NCBI GenBank assembly: GCA_036172245.1
Contig: JAYWIR010000013.1
Coordinates: forward strand, 2,108,001-2,172,000
Direction of reading: 5' to 3'
Source: Raillietiella orientalis
Lineage: Eukaryota
Length of the DNA stretch: 64,000 bases
The notes below the pieces were generated by a model. It had not been told where the DNA came from and ran no database searches. It saw nothing but the letters and a program-made list of their open reading frames with translations. Each line of letters starts with the position of its first letter. The stretch's first letter is position 1. Positions 62,150-64,000 of the stretch are shown in pieces. Made by a program: the position numbers and the translations under genes.

Positions 62150-64000
62150 CTTCGGCACCCAAACGCGCTCTTGGACACAAAGGATGGCAGTCGATTGTTA
62201 CCGCACTGGTCGAAGGAAGACGTCACAACCACCGGAAGCGGGAGAGCCGAACACCTGACTCGCAGAGCGAGCCTCTGATTCGCCGTCGCTCTGCGAGACG
62301 GGCCCAGGAGGGAGGCAGGCCGCCTGTGGAAGCCGGCAACAGTGGTCCGCGGGATTCATTGTTGCAGGCCTACGCCACCTGGTTCGAGAAGCATCCATCC
62401 GTGGGTGTTCCCCCCTCCCCCCTCTTCCCTTCCTTCCTCTCGGAGACGAGAATTCAGACGACGACGAGAGCGCGCGAAGTGCGGGGCTGCCATTTGGAAG
62501 GAGTGGCTTCATCGATTCCTATCTGCAGGGAACCGCTCCTGAAGCCCGTCCATCCCGTTTGCCCAAACCGTTCTCTTCCCTGTTCAGAGTGAACGCTCTC
62601 CTCACACGCTACCGAAGCCCACGTGCACCTCGGTCCGGAAACCTTGCGCAGCCAACACCACAGGATGCTCGTGGCGGCGCCGTGCCTCCGTGCCGGACGG
62701 GTACCGATGCAGCGGCATCACGAAAGCAGTGAAAGACCAGCCTAAGAAAAGCCTTGCAGCCCCGCAGTGGACGCTGACTTTCAAAATCGAAGGCTGATTT
62801 TCCCTTTCGAGAGCAACTTTTGCTTCCGCCGTGCAGATCGTGGTGCGAGCGGCCCGCGCATGCACACATGGCATGCGAGGCACACGAAAAGCATGGCAGT
62901 CGCAAACGTTCCTTCCCTTCCCTTCAGGGGCCGTTAAAAGGCCTGGTGGTACCGGTTGCCATTACTTTGTCTAACAAATGAAGAAGCATGGCTGAGAATG
63001 CATCCAAATTTCACCTGAGTCCGAAAACTTCTCGGGAAATCGGCCAGAATGAGCAAAGAACTTCTCGGGGAAGTTATTCGCTCGTTCGCTGGCATCCAAA
63101 GGAGTTCTTCTGCTCGCATTTAATTTTCTCTTCTATTTATTACTTAACGTGTCCATTAGCTGAGTAGACTGTTTTTTACAGCCCCTCTTCGAGCTCGTAC
63201 CTTACCGAGTACCCTAGATACGGAGAGGAACCATGATACCTCTCCTGACTCCCTCCATTTCCGTAACGGGAATCTCGGCTCTTTCGTGGTGGTAACGCTA
63301 CTCAACACCTGATCGTTTCTTTAGATGCATCCATCATACATTCACGCTCCTTCAGGCTCGGTAGCTGCCAAGGAAAGCATTTCCACAAGAAGATTCTTGT
63401 GGATCAGGACCGGTTTGTGTCTTTTCACCGAAGACTGAATCGCTTCTGACCAAAAGGCCATCCCCAAATCTGCTTAGCTGTTTGTTCGACTGGTGAACCT
63501 CTTCGCCCACTTTTATCCTGGCAGAACTACAGGACGGAATTTTTCTTCCATGGAAAATCAAAAACAAACCCGGTCTCCAATCTACTCCAACTTATTCTTT
63601 CGAGCGTCTCCCATTCTACTCAGATGACCAGATTGGTAAATTTTCGATTATCCCTTTCTTCTTCTTCTTCTACTCGATCATTTCGCCGAAATTTTTGACG
63701 GGAGTGCAGGTCAACCGTGCCATTGCAAACTGAAATGCACCTCTGTATCCCTAGACGAGGAGGGAGGTTTCGTGAAAGACCATCACGAAAACTCCTACTC
63801 TTTCTAGAGTGACCGAACCAAGGATCACTGCACAACAAGGAAATGTGATTACGAATCCCCACGAGGACTTCGCCCAACGCTCAAAATCAAGTGGATGTCG
63901 AGCGCACAAGGACGGGCATCTGTAGATCATATAGGTTGTTGGTTCCAATACTGATTTCTACTCGACAAAGAACTCGTGCTTTCAGTGGCTCTTGTACGAC
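62150..64000 (-). mobile_element. Degraded non-LTR relic (APE to RT N-terminus)
   Basis: VFVMVFHET (DI.CLQET) near 63780 and KGKSAFDFESQRPL (KGD..DLKNWRPI) near 62790. Confidence 0.4.

Noticed and set aside
1..64000. tRNA, rRNA, snRNA, spliced-leader genes, CRISPR arrays or prokaryotic defence systems
   Set aside because: GGTTCGA hits (about 42878, 45944, 56899, 62381) lack cloverleaf context, and I saw no regular repeat-spacer array. The locus is eukaryotic, and the PLD gene has a TM anchor and no bacterial operon context.

Overview
This is eukaryotic (animal) genomic DNA. The 37-60 nt introns and the transposon mix (Tx1/L1-like, NeSL/Utopia, piggyBac, Buster-type hAT) suggest a clade I nematode such as a Trichuris/Trichinella relative, but that is an inference. 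1-12.5 kb is an AT-rich, CpG-poor, very compact gene cluster: the 3' part of RanBP2/Nup358 (+), a complete RING-CH (MARCH) E3 ligase gene nested antisense in RanBP2's long distal intron, CWC15 (-) and an ANKRD49-like gene (-). From about 12.8 kb to the end, the window is mostly a GC- and CpG-rich graveyard of decayed Tx1/L1-like non-LTR retrotransposon copies in both orientations. It also holds two piggyBac-type MITEs and a NeSL/Utopia fragment that is interrupted by a Tx1-like copy. Two host genes lie inside this zone: an intact, intronless, very GC3-rich PLD6/Zucchini-family gene (20433-21425, -) and a glycogenin gene (25435-28011, -) with a 1209-nt symmetric exon in its linker. Most long ORFs after 40 kb are GC-rich artefacts or TE debris. 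Host-gene exon models were translated by hand. Boundaries of the old TE relics are approximate.
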